64,000 nt of DNA from an uncultured Gemmatimonadales bacterium (GTDB lineage Bacteria > Gemmatimonadota > Gemmatimonadetes > Gemmatimonadales > GWC2-71-9), in NCBI GenBank assembly GCA_963842945.1, contig CAWJIM010000021.1, positions 32,001 through 96,000 of the forward strand, written 5' to 3'. The notes under the pieces were generated by a model. The model searched no databases. It worked only from the letters and a program-made list of their open reading frames with translations, and was not told the origin of the DNA. Shown one piece after another: positions 50,595 through 60,346 of the stretch. A program made the translations under genes and the position numbers. Every line of letters starts with the position of its first letter. The stretch's first letter is position 1.

Positions 50595-52101
50595 CGCGTT
50601 CCCGCTGGAGGTCGGGTCCGGAGCGCCCGCGGGAAGGCGCGAGCGATCCGCTCCGCTACCCAGGAACAAGGTGACGCCGGCGTGCAGTCGGGTCTGATTC
50701 CAGTCGATCCCGCTGGCGTCGGGACGCCGCCGGTCCTCTCGATAGTGAGCCCCGCCCAGGGCCAGCCGCAATCGATCGCTGGGCCGCCACTCCGCATCCA
50801 GGCCCAACACGTCCACCCCTGCCTCTTCGAACCGAAACTCCAGTGGCCGGTCCAGCGTTGATCCATAGGCCGTGAGCGTGAGCTGAGCCAGCGGCACGGC
50901 GCTGATGCTGGCCTCGAATCCATGGGACGAGGCGCCGGGTCCGTACTCCTCCCGGTATCCCGCATCGAAGGTCCAGACTGCATTGGGACTGAAGGAGGCT
51001 CCGACCCCCAGACGCCAGCCGTCGTCATCCACATCCACCAGCGGGGTCTGAGGTCTCGGTAGGGGAATAGGCGTAATGCTCCCCGCGGCCCCTCAGCTCC
51101 AGCGCCGGCAAGGGGCGGACCCAGACCGAAGCATTCACTGCGTGGTAGGGCACCGGACTGAAGGCGCCCCAGATGGTCCAGAGATCGAAGTGGGGCCGGT
51201 ATTGCCGGGCGCCCACCAGCGCGGTGACGGCGGGCGTCGTGTAGCGCAGGCTCAGCGTCGGCGTTGCCGAACCAGGTGTTGGCCAGGTCGTACTCCGCTC
51301 CGCCCGTGACGCTCCATCGCGAGAGGGGCGCAGCTCGCCCGAAACGGCCGCCCGCTCGGACCCGAACTGCCGGGAGTCGCGATCCACCTCGCGCTGATAG
51401 TCGAGCCGCGACCTGGCCGTACCGGCCGGCCCAGCCCAGCGCACCGCCGGCCAGCAGCTGCCGGGACTCGGGGCTGAAACTCGTCCAGCGGGTTGATCGC
51501 CGAGCTGGAGACCGGGAGTGCCGTGGCCCGAGCCAGTCCGTAGCCGACGTAGCCTTCGGCTTCGAGACCCAGCCGCTGGGAACGGACGGTCGCCCGACCG
51601 CCGTCGAAGCCGACGATGCCGAGCCGGCTCACCAGCAGCTGGCGCCCGAGCCGGGCGGTCACGCCGCGGCTGGCGTAGTCGGCGTACGCCTCCAGCAGTT
51701 GAATCGGGGGGTCGGTTCCGGGCCAGACCTCACTCTCGCCAAGGTCGGTGCCCGCTCGCGCGTTCACTCGAAGGCTCAGACCATTCATGCCCAGCCCCCA
51801 GAGCAGTAAGGTCGGCGCTGGTGACCAGAGGCCCTCCCTGCAGATAGGGGCCCGGCCGAAAGAAGAAGCAGTGCGTCGCCCCGGGCTGGCAGCGAACGAA
51901 GAATCCGTCCGCAGTCTGGAATCCCCCGGTCGGCCCGACCACGACGTCGGTGGCGAGCACGCTGTCGGCCCGGACCCCACGGTAGGCGGCAGCCTGGGCT
52001 CGGGCATCGAGCCGGAGCCGATAGCCCTGCGCCTCGAGCGCGGGGGTGAGGAGCCAGCACCGAGTCAGCGACGAGCATCCAGCGCTCCGGGCTCGGCTCA
52101 C
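50591..52101 (-). CDS. Outer-membrane beta-barrel (porin-like) protein in cytochrome operon; frameshifted
   Basis: Signal-like N-terminus ending ALEA-Q; alternating beta-strands LLEAYADY, ARLGRQ, FDGGRATV, WRLGVGASF, WTFDAGY, LGLDAEWR, RLHAGVTLF; no heme motifs; 4-nt overlaps with both neighbours. Confidence 0.75.
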
Positions 52102-54156
52102 GATTCCGCGCCCGTCTTCCTCAGATGGCGGCGGTATGCTTCCGGTGACTCGAGGAAGTGGCACTCGGTGCATTGCTTCGCCGCGTAGTGATCGACCTGC
52201 GGGAATGGCAGGTCAAACAGAACGAGCGAGTGGGGATCAGCTCGGCGACGGTCTCTGGCGCATGGCACTGGTCGCAGCCCGAGTGCGCTTCGACCGGCCT
52301 GGCATGGGCCGCGTTGATCTCGCGCGGTTCTGATGGCAGGCGGCGCAGTCGCGGTCCGCGGCGTGGTGATCGTCGTGACAGGCGATGCAGGCTGCGGCCT
52401 TCGGGATCGGCACGAGGCTCACCGGCGCCGTGTGGCACTGCACGCACTGGACTTCGCGTGTGCTCCGAGTGCTCGAACTCAACCGGTCGCGATCGCGTCG
52501 GGTGGTGCTTGGGACACCCCGACCACGACGGTGACCGGCCGGGCGGAGGAAAGCTCGTCACCGTGTGGCACGTCGCGCAGTCGCTCCGGGCGGGGCGCTG
52601 ATGATGGCAGATCTGGCAGCCGCGCGGCGGCTCGAAAGGTCAGGTCGCTGCGCCGAGAGGTGGTGCTGTGGCAGGTGATGCAGGCGAGTCGGCGATGGCG
52701 TTCATGGGAGAAGGTGTCGGGGGGGAAGGAGGCGGCTGCGCTCGCTCCCCGGTGGTCCCCTGGTGGTGCGTCTCCCTGCCCTCGCGATCGGCCCGGCTCG
52801 ACTAACCGGTTCGATTGCTGGAGCGCCTTGGTGGTATCGAAGGGAAGCGGCGGTCGCATCCGCCCGCCGCCCTTTCTCACCTCGGTGTGGCATCCGGTGC
52901 AGTCGCTCGCATCCACCCGGGCTGCATGGGGCTGGTGGCAAGTCTCGCAGCGCTGGGCCACCTTCCGGTGCGCCGCGCCCACATGGAAGGGAACGCTGCG
53001 CCAGGTTGCGTGACAGTTGGCATCGGTGCAGGACTTCAGCGCGTCCTTCGGCTTCACATCGGTATGCGGGTTGTGACACATCCCGCAGCTCCCGCCGTGC
53101 GGGTCCTTGACGGGATCGAAGGTCGCCAGCAGCGCTCGCATCTCATGGCACCCGAAGCACTGTCGCTCGCGTGGCTGCAGGGTCTTGGTCGCGGAGTCCA
53201 GCGACACGAGCTGGGCCTCGGCCGTGAACTGGTGGCAGGAGTTGCAGTAGAGCTGCTCCTCATTGGGCAGCGGCTGGCTGGGCGGCCATGGAAGCGCGCC
53301 GCCATCCGGCCCAGCCGAATCTTGACGTCGTCGGTCAGATGGCAGCCCTTCTGGGCGCAGGTGGTGTCAGCCGGCTGGAAGCGGTGGGCGGTGCGGGCGT
53401 GACAGGTTAGACACTGAACATCTTTGAGGGGAGCTGAATCGGATTCGAGGTGGATGCGATGGCCGGCGGTCGAGGCTATCCGCTGCCAGGTCTTCTTGGC
53501 CTCGCCCTGGACGTGGCACTGTTCGCAGATGGTTCGCGGTACCTTGGCGTGAGGCGGGATCTTGTCCGGCCGCGCCATGATCCAGTAGTACAGCTCCTTG
53601 GTCTGGGCCTTGAGATCGAACGGATGACAGGCATGACAGGAGAGGCTGTCGTGCGTCCCCTCCAGCTGGTTGACCAGGAGGTAGGTGCCGGTATCCGGCC
53701 GGACGAAGATCTGGCCGCTGGGCACGAAGATGTGGCAGCCCGCGACAGAAATCGTTGTCGTGCATGACGTAGTCATGGGCCTTGAGCCCTCCGGCGAGCG
53801 ACCAGAAGCAGGACCGCGCCAACCGCCGAACCGAGCGCCAGCTTGACCCCGCGGTCGCGGGTGATCAGCCAGTGGCCAATTGGCTTTCCCTGCGCTCCAG
53901 ATAGCAGGAGGACCGCGAGCGCGACGCAGCGCGCCGAGCACGATCCCGCTGATCATCACCCAGCTGGGGCGCTGGAAGATCCATTGGACGATCGGGATGA
54001 GGGGATCGGGCAGCGGTGAGCGCACCACCACCGAATCGACAAACCGGCCGGAGAGTGAATCCTGGATCCGCCGAGATGGTGTCGGAGACCGGAGGGTGGG
54101 CCTGAATACGCAAGAGCCCCCGACCACACCGCTTTGACCAGGTGGACGGGGGCCAT
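52098..54156 (-). CDS. Membrane-anchored multiheme cytochrome (~18 CXXCH + 2 CX4CH) with NapC/NirT-like N-terminus; multiple frameshifts
   Basis: Two hydrophobic segments, then DNDFCRGCH...HDSLSCHACH...CEQCH...CLTCH and 16 further motifs ending CTECH. Confidence 0.85.
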
Positions 54157-54170
54157 GAGTGCTGGAAGTG

Positions 54171-55805
54171 CTAGCGGACCGAGATAGGCCGGCCCGGCGC
54201 GGGCCGGATGAGCGGCCGTCCGTTTCTGGCCTCGACCTTCTTCATAATATCCTGGACCGCCACACTGGCCTGTGGGAGGCCGGGATACGTAGCGCGGAGC
54301 TCATCGATGTTTGCGGTCAGCAGTGCCCGCGCCAGGAATGGGTTGTGCACGCCGGATGAGCCGTCCACGCCGCCACCCAGCTCGCGCGGGCCGGGCCGGA
54401 GCATCCGCACGTTGAACAGGGCACCCTCCGCCGGCGTGATGTGGTTGTCTGTGGTCGCGTATTCGGTCGGCGGGACGTTGGTGAAGTCCGACAGGTAGCC
54501 TCCATCGGTCGGCGCCGCCTCAACCGTATCGTTGCCGTTCTTGTCGTCCCAGATCTGCTTGGTCAGCTGATCCAGGAGCTGGCCCGAGGAGGCGAAGGCG
54601 GCAGCGGCGGTAGAGGCATCGCCGTGGCAGCCGGAATTGGTGCAGGCTCCCCAGGTCCGCGCCTGGGTATCGTACGCGCAGGTTCTGTCGGTGGTTGGCG
54701 CGCCCTGCCCATCCAGGCATGGGATAGGCAGAAACAGATGGCCCACCGAGTGAACGACCTGGTTCCCCGTGTTTGGGTCGGTCACATCGTATCCGTTCAC
54801 ATGACAGCCGGCACACAGCCTCGGGTTGCGCTCCGACCCGTGGGTACTGGCCACCGCCTGCACGTCGGGATCGAACCCGGCCGGGTGATAGCCGGCATCA
54901 CCCAGGAGCATCGGTCCCTGCGGAGAGTGCGGCCCGCGCGCTGAAGCCTCATCCGGCTCCGCCCGGCGCTGGTGGCACTTCATGCACAGGTTCTGATTGA
55001 CGTCCGGCACGTCGATCGGATACCGAAGCTGGCCAGCTACGGGTAGGCCGTCCGTGCCGGTGGTGAAACCATGCGGGTCATGGCACACGGCGCAGGTAAT
55101 TCCCAGATAATTTTCGGTGCCGGGCAAACCCTTCTCCGCATAGTCGGCGGTTACACCCCAGGCCGCCAACACATCGCGTCCTTCGTGACAGGAGCCGCAG
55201 GTGGGAGATGCATCCTTGACGAAGGTGCCGTCCTCCTCCTGCAACGAGACTGCGTGGGCCGAGAGCTTCCATTCATCGACGAAGGGATGATGGAACCCAC
55301 TGTGGCAATCGGCGCAGCTCTGCGCCATGGTGGTCGAGTCACCCAGCACCGCCACATGGGCCAGGGGCGGATTTCCCGCGCCCGCAGGAGCATCCGGATT
55401 CTGGGCGTGGGTATTGCCGGGACCGTGACAGCTCTCGCATTGGACGTCGTGGTACGCCGTATCCTTCACCACGTCCCACCCGGCCGGCCCGGCTGCCGCA
55501 TTGCCCTTGTCGCTGACGGTGTGACACGACTCGCAGAACGACTGGGACGCACCGGAGTTGAGCAAAGTGGCGTACGCGTTGGCGTGAGCCGTGTTGACCC
55601 AGCCCGCCTGGTGGCTGGTGTGGCAGTTACCGCAGGTGGTGTTCTTATCGCTGCTGGTGAAGTAGCCGAGGAAACCGGAGTTTGCGTCCGGGGGAGGATT
55701 GATGGGCTCGCGGTAGACGATCTTCTCGTCGGTACAGCCAGAGAACAGCATTACCGCCAGAGCAGCAATGCTCGCGACCTGCCAGCCGGCAAATCTCTTG
55801 GCCAT
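54171..55805 (-). CDS. Multiheme cytochrome c lipoprotein (8 CXXCH + 1 CX4CH)
   Basis: Intact ORF; lipobox FSGC; CGNCH, CESCH, CESCH, CADCH, CGSCH, CAVCH, CMKCH, CAGCH, CTNSGCH. Confidence 0.93.
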   Translation of the reverse strand: MAKRFAGWQVASIAALAVMLFSGCTDEKIVYREPINPPPDANSGFLGYFTSSDKNTTCGNCHTSHQAGWVNTAHANAYATLLNSGASQSFCESCHTVSDKGNAAAGPAGWDVVKDTAYHDVQCESCHGPGNTHAQNPDAPAGAGNPPLAHVAVLGDSTTMAQSCADCHSGFHHPFVDEWKLSAHAVSLQEEDGTFVKDASPTCGSCHEGRDVLAAWGVTADYAEKGLPGTENYLGITCAVCHDPHGFTTGTDGLPVAGQLRYPIDVPDVNQNLCMKCHQRRAEPDEASARGPHSPQGPMLLGDAGYHPAGFDPDVQAVASTHGSERNPRLCAGCHVNGYDVTDPNTGNQVVHSVGHLFLPIPCLDGQGAPTTDRTCAYDTQARTWGACTNSGCHGDASTAAAAFASSGQLLDQLTKQIWDDKNGNDTVEAAPTDGGYLSDFTNVPPTEYATTDNHITPAEGALFNVRMLRPGPRELGGGVDGSSGVHNPFLARALLTANIDELRATYPGLPQASVAVQDIMKKVEARNGRPLIRPAPGRPISVR

Positions 55806-55894
55806 AGGCCTACCTTGAAAACCGTCTTTATGGACGATCCTGCTCCTATTTTGGGTACTCCGTAGAATTACGCAAGTGGTACTTGGGGTAAGAC

Positions 55895-55916
55895 TCTCCG
55901 CTTCATGAAATCTTCA
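55895..55916. promoter_or_regulatory. TTCA-N7-TTCA motif upstream of the cytochrome operon
   Basis: TCTCCGCTTCATGAAATCTTCA; first 15 nt identical to 56069-56083. Confidence 0.55.
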
Positions 55917-56064
55917 TAATTCTCGTGTCCTGGCTCCGCCCGGCTATGCGAAGGGAACCATCTCACCTGCCCAGTCCCGTAGTGCCTGCGGATTCCCGCT
56001 CAGCGCTGAATTCCCCAGACCAGTTACCCAGAATTTTCTAGTCTGAGCATAGTTGCATTGCGCC

Positions 56065-56083
56065 TTCATCTCCGCTTCATGAA
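56065..56083 (+). promoter_or_regulatory. TTCA-N7-TTCA motif upstream of the YceI gene
   Basis: TTCATCTCCGCTTCATGAA. Confidence 0.6.
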
Positions 56084-56122
56084 CGTGGCTCCAAGTTTCA
56101 GGTAAACACGCTGGAGGGAGCC

Positions 56123-56755
56123 ATGCGAATTGCTCGGATGACAGTGGTCACGATGGGCCTGGCGGCGCTCATGCAGGTTGGGGCTCGAGCGGCAGAGGCG
56201 CAAACCGCTGCGGAAGCGTCCAGCGGGTATGCCAGGCAGACCAAATGGGTGGTGGACATGGTCCACTCCCAGGTCGACTTTGGAGTCCGCCATCTGGTAG
56301 GGCGCGTCCGCGGCACTTTTAACAAGTGGTATGCCATCCTCACCACCAAAGACGGTGACTGGAAGCTGGGGAAGGTGGACGTCCAGATCGAGACAGCCAG
56401 CCTGAACACCGGTAACAATTATCGCGACACAGACCTCCGTTCCGATCGTTTCTTTGCCGTGACTCACTACCCCAAGATGACGTTCCAGGGGGAGGGGTTC
56501 ATGGCGACCGACAGCACCCTCGACGTGATCGGCGCGCTGACCATCAAGGGGCACACGAAACCGGTGGTGCTGTCGGGGAAGTATCGAGGCATTGCCCGGG
56601 ACCAAGAAGGGCGCGAGCGGATCGCCTTTGAGGCGACGACCAATGTGGATCGCCGTGATTTCGGCATGAATTGGAACGAGAGCGTCGCCGGTACCGAGCT
56701 GATCGGAAATGATGTGGAGATCACGATCGGCATCGAGGCGGTGCGGGTCGACTGA
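56123..56755 (+). CDS. YceI family (polyisoprenoid-binding) secreted protein
   Basis: W.VD..HS.V.F.VRH, SLNTGN..RD..LRS..FF....YP, G.LTIKG, RRDFG. Confidence 0.92.
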   Translation: MRIARMTVVTMGLAALMQVGARAAEAQTAAEASSGYARQTKWVVDMVHSQVDFGVRHLVGRVRGTFNKWYAILTTKDGDWKLGKVDVQIETASLNTGNNYRDTDLRSDRFFAVTHYPKMTFQGEGFMATDSTLDVIGALTIKGHTKPVVLSGKYRGIARDQEGRERIAFEATTNVDRRDFGMNWNESVAGTELIGNDVEITIGIEAVRVD

Positions 56756-56762
56756 GACTGGA

Positions 56763-56794
56763 GCACGGAGCACGACGGGCCTTGTGCTCCGTGC
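56763..56794 (+). terminator. Stem-loop after the YceI gene (terminator or stabiliser)
   Basis: 11-bp perfect stem GCACGGAGCAC/GTGCTCCGTGC; weak U-tract. Confidence 0.45.
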
Positions 56795-56938
56795 GCTTGC
56801 GGCCATATGGTAGGGTTATGTCACTCCGCTATCGCCTTGGATTCACCCCCATGCTGGGCCGGGCGGCTCCAGGCCGGTGGAATCTGTACTTCATGCAGAC
56901 CGACGGCCCAGCCTGATAGTTTGCGGTGGCTTCTTCCG

Positions 56939-57727
56939 ATGACTAGTGGCGCTGCCTCCCTCTGCCAGTCTTGCGGCACCCCACTCGTTGGCAAGTTCTG
57001 CTCCAATTGTGGAGCCTCTCGCGAAGCCTCGACCTGCACTCACTGCGGTGTCCCGATTCCCACCAGCGCGCGGTTTTGCCCCGCCTGTGGGGCGCCGGTG
57101 GGTGGGAGGGCGGCTGCAGCCCGGGACCGTACCCCATGGGTCATCGCCGGAGGAGCAGTGGCTGCCCTGATGGCAGCGCTCCTCATCATGCTCGCCCGCG
57201 GGTCGCCGAACGTCTCCGCTCAGCCCGAGGTAGCCGCCGTTCAGCCTTCGGCCGCCGAGGAGTCGCCGCCGGACATCAGCCGCATGAGTCCGCGGGAGCG
57301 GTTCAATCGCCTCTACAATCGCGTGATGCAGGCAGCCCAGGCGGGGGATGAGGCTACCGTTACCCAGTTCACTCCGATGGCGTTGATGGCGTATGCCCAG
57401 TTGGACACCGTCGACGCCGACGCCCGCTATCATGCCGCTCTCCTCCAGGTTCACACCGGCGACGTCACCGCCTCCCGGGCTCTAGGCGACAGCATCCTGG
57501 CCCAGACGCCGGGGCACCTCTTCGGCTACATGATTCAGGGGACGGTGGCTCGGTTTCAGAAGGACCAGAAGGCGCTCTCCCGAGCGTATGCGGCATTCTT
57601 GAAGCGTTATGACGGGGAGATCAAGCTCGCGCGGCCGGAGTACAGCGAGCACCAGACCTCCCTGCAGGATTTCCGCAAGGCAGCGCTGGAGGGAACCGGG
57701 ACGGCTACTCCACCCACTCGGCAATGA
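56939..57727 (+). CDS. Double zinc-ribbon membrane protein
   Basis: CQSCG, FCSNCG, CTHCG, FCPACG, then one TM helix and a helical domain. Confidence 0.8.
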   Translation: MTSGAASLCQSCGTPLVGKFCSNCGASREASTCTHCGVPIPTSARFCPACGAPVGGRAAAARDRTPWVIAGGAVAALMAALLIMLARGSPNVSAQPEVAAVQPSAAEESPPDISRMSPRERFNRLYNRVMQAAQAGDEATVTQFTPMALMAYAQLDTVDADARYHAALLQVHTGDVTASRALGDSILAQTPGHLFGYMIQGTVARFQKDQKALSRAYAAFLKRYDGEIKLARPEYSEHQTSLQDFRKAALEGTGTATPPTRQ

Positions 57728-58769
57728 AGATGTTCGTCTCCCCCGGCTGCTTCGCCCGGCGGTTGGAGGCGAAAACCAGGCTCTTCCCATCCGGACTGAA
57801 CATGGGAAAGCTGTCGAACTCCGGGCTCGTCGTCACCCTCTCCAGCCCGCTGCCGTCCACCCCGACGAGATAAAGATCGAAGTTCCGGCTTCTCGGATCA
57901 GGATAGTTCGACGCGAACACGATACGGAGTCCATCTGGGTGAAAGAACGGCGCGAAGCTGGCGGCACCCAGATGGGTCACCTGACGAGCGTTGCTGCCGT
58001 CGGCACCGGCTACCCAAAGCTCCAGCCGGGTGGGCCGCACCAGCCGCTGGCCGAGGAGGTGCCGATAGTCGGCGGAGTCGGCCGCCGTTTCGGGATACAT
58101 CGTCCGCCACACCAGCCGGGCTCCGTCCGGTGAGAAGAAGGCGCCTCCATCGTAGCCGACCCGGCGGGTAACCCGGCGGATATCGGTGCCGTCCACTTTC
58201 ATGGTGTACAGCTCGATGTCGCCCTCCCGCGTACTGGTGAACACTATGCGGCTTCCGTCGGGCGAAACGGTGGCCTCGGCGTCGTAGGCATCGTTGTGGG
58301 TAAGCCGCTGGATGTCGTTTCCGTCGGCTCGAGCGGTGTAGAGCTCGAAATTGTGCAGTGGCCAGACGTAGCCCTGCGACCGATCCACCGGAGGGGGACA
58401 CTCCGGTGAGCTCTCGAAAGTGGAGCTGTAGAGAATGCGGCGTCCGTCCTGATAGAAGTAGCCGCAGGTGGTGCGGCCCCTCCCGTTCGACACCCGGTGC
58501 AGTCCGCTGCCGTCCACATTCATCACGTACTGCTGGTCACAGCCGTGGTTCAGCTGCTCCTGCCGCTGGAAAATCAGTTGCCGGCCATCGGGCGAGAAGT
58601 ACGCCTCGGCGTTGTTGCCGCCGAAGGTGAGCTGCCGAACATTGCGGAAATGGCGCTCGCCCGGAGCCGAGGCCGAAGGCGCTCGAGAGCAGCCAGCGGC
58701 GGAAATTGCCAGCGCTGCGGCCACCGGCAGCAAAAAGCGCGAGGGACTACAGCCGGTAAAGCCTGGCAT
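57705..58769 (-). CDS. TolB-like PD40 beta-propeller lipoprotein
   Basis: Lipobox AAGC; repeated AYFSPDG, ATVSPDG, AFFSPDG, PFFHPDG, PMFSPDG. Confidence 0.9.
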   Translation of the reverse strand: MPGFTGCSPSRFLLPVAAALAISAAGCSRAPSASAPGERHFRNVRQLTFGGNNAEAYFSPDGRQLIFQRQEQLNHGCDQQYVMNVDGSGLHRVSNGRGRTTCGYFYQDGRRILYSSTFESSPECPPPVDRSQGYVWPLHNFELYTARADGNDIQRLTHNDAYDAEATVSPDGSRIVFTSTREGDIELYTMKVDGTDIRRVTRRVGYDGGAFFSPDGARLVWRTMYPETAADSADYRHLLGQRLVRPTRLELWVAGADGSNARQVTHLGAASFAPFFHPDGLRIVFASNYPDPRSRNFDLYLVGVDGSGLERVTTSPEFDSFPMFSPDGKSLVFASNRRAKQPGETNIFIAEWVE

Positions 58770-60252
58770 ACTTGTTCCGCAAAGCGTCAATCAGGGGCCG
58801 GTGGTTGGGAGGAGACCCGGTGACGAGCTCTATCAATCTCGCCGAGGGATAGCGACTTCCCTCCCGATAGACCTTGCGTCTCAGCCAGCCGGACAGCTCA
58901 GCGAACTCCCCCCGGGCAAACTGGCTCTCCAGATCGCCCAGCTCGGATTCGGCCTGGGCGAACAGCTGCGCCGCAAACACATCGCCCAGGGTGTAGGTTG
59001 GGAAGTACCCGATGAGGCCATCGGCCCAATGGCCGTCTTGCAGGCAGCCCTCCCGGTCATTGGCCGGCATGACCCCGAGATACCTGCGGTAAGCGGCATT
59101 CCAGGCTTCGGGCACATCGGCAGACTTGAGATCTCCCAACATGAGCGCGCGCTCCAGCTCGAAGCGTATGAGAATGTGAAGGTTGTAGGTGACCTCGTCG
59201 GCGTTGACTCTGATCAGCGTCGGTTTCACCTGGTTGACCGCGAGAACAAAGCGATCCAGACCGTACCCGCGCAGAGCATCGGGAAACAGCTCTCGGCATC
59301 GAGGATAGAAGTAGCGCCAGAACCCGGGACTCCGTCCCACCCGATTTTCCCAGAGTCGGGCCTGGGCCTCGTCCATTGCGACGGAAGCCGACTCACCCAT
59401 CGGGGTTCCATAGTAGCTGGGGTCCAACCCCTGCTCGTATAGCCCGTGACCGACCTCGTGCAGAATGGTGAGCACTCCAGCCACGAAATCGGCCTCGTCA
59501 AACCGCAAGACCAGCCGGCAATCTCCCGGGCCGATGGCGCTGCAGGAGGGGTGGATTCCCAGGTCGAACCGACCCCGGAGGCGGTCGAAACCAGCGGCGA
59601 CCGCCACCGTTTCACCGAAGCTCCGTTGCTGGTCCACCGGGAAAGGGCCCCGAGGAACTGGCGGGAGAACTGGACGCTCGGCAATCTGCCCTGCGAGCTC
59701 AACCAGACTCTGCCGCAGTGCCTCGAAGAGCCGTCCCACGATCCGGCTGTCGATGCCGGGCTCGTGGTCTTCGATGAGCGCATCGTAAGGCTCACCCGAG
59801 TAGCCAACGCACTCCGCCTCGTCCCGCTTCAGGGCGATGATCTTGTCGAGCCAGGGACGAAAGTCCCTGAATTGTGAGGCCGCCCGGGCCTGGGCCCAGG
59901 CGGTCTGGGCCAGAGCGGTGGTGCGGGCCACCTCCTCCACCAGGCGGCGGGGGAGTCGAACATAGCGGTCATACTCCCGCCGCAGTTCCCGGACGTTCAC
60001 TGAAACGGGAGACCTGGGATCGGCGACGAGGTCCGACCTTTCCAACTCCGCCAGCAGCTCGCCGATCTTGGGATCGGTCCCCCGCTCATGCAGCAGTCCG
60101 GCCAGGAGCGCCAGTTGATCACTTCGGTTCTCCACCCCGCCCGGCGGCATGTAGGTCTCCTCGTCCCACTCGAGCAGCGCCTCGCAAGAGGTGAGGAGAG
60201 TCTCCTCCCGCACTCTTTGGATCAGCTCGTCGTAGGCGGTTTCGGCGCGCAT
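58747..60252 (-). CDS. Carboxypeptidase M32 family (atypical motifs)
   Basis: LEWDEETYMPPGG, HEVGHGLYEQG, IRVNADEVTYNLH, GCLQDGHW, GYFPTY. Confidence 0.92.
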   Translation of the reverse strand: MRAETAYDELIQRVREETLLTSCEALLEWDEETYMPPGGVENRSDQLALLAGLLHERGTDPKIGELLAELERSDLVADPRSPVSVNVRELRREYDRYVRLPRRLVEEVARTTALAQTAWAQARAASQFRDFRPWLDKIIALKRDEAECVGYSGEPYDALIEDHEPGIDSRIVGRLFEALRQSLVELAGQIAERPVLPPVPRGPFPVDQQRSFGETVAVAAGFDRLRGRFDLGIHPSCSAIGPGDCRLVLRFDEADFVAGVLTILHEVGHGLYEQGLDPSYYGTPMGESASVAMDEAQARLWENRVGRSPGFWRYFYPRCRELFPDALRGYGLDRFVLAVNQVKPTLIRVNADEVTYNLHILIRFELERALMLGDLKSADVPEAWNAAYRRYLGVMPANDREGCLQDGHWADGLIGYFPTYTLGDVFAAQLFAQAESELGDLESQFARGEFAELSGWLRRKVYREGSRYPSARLIELVTGSPPNHRPLIDALRNKYARLYRL

Positions 60253-60346
60253 AGGCGGTCCAGGATCGAACGGGTCGGCGTTGCGGCACTGCGAGGAGGA
60301 CGTAACATACACGGGCAAGCCTTACCACCCGAACCGCTGAAGCGAG

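Noticed and set aside
50591..52101. Naming the porin mtrB/pioB and its neighbours mtrA/mtrC
   Set aside because: The shorter length (~500 aa) and heme counts do not match, and I cannot run HMMs, so no symbol was assigned.
39940..56083. Identifying the TTCA repeat as a PhoB/PhoP Pho box
   Set aside because: The period and core resemble PHO boxes, but no phosphate-related genes are among the targets; regulator left unassigned.
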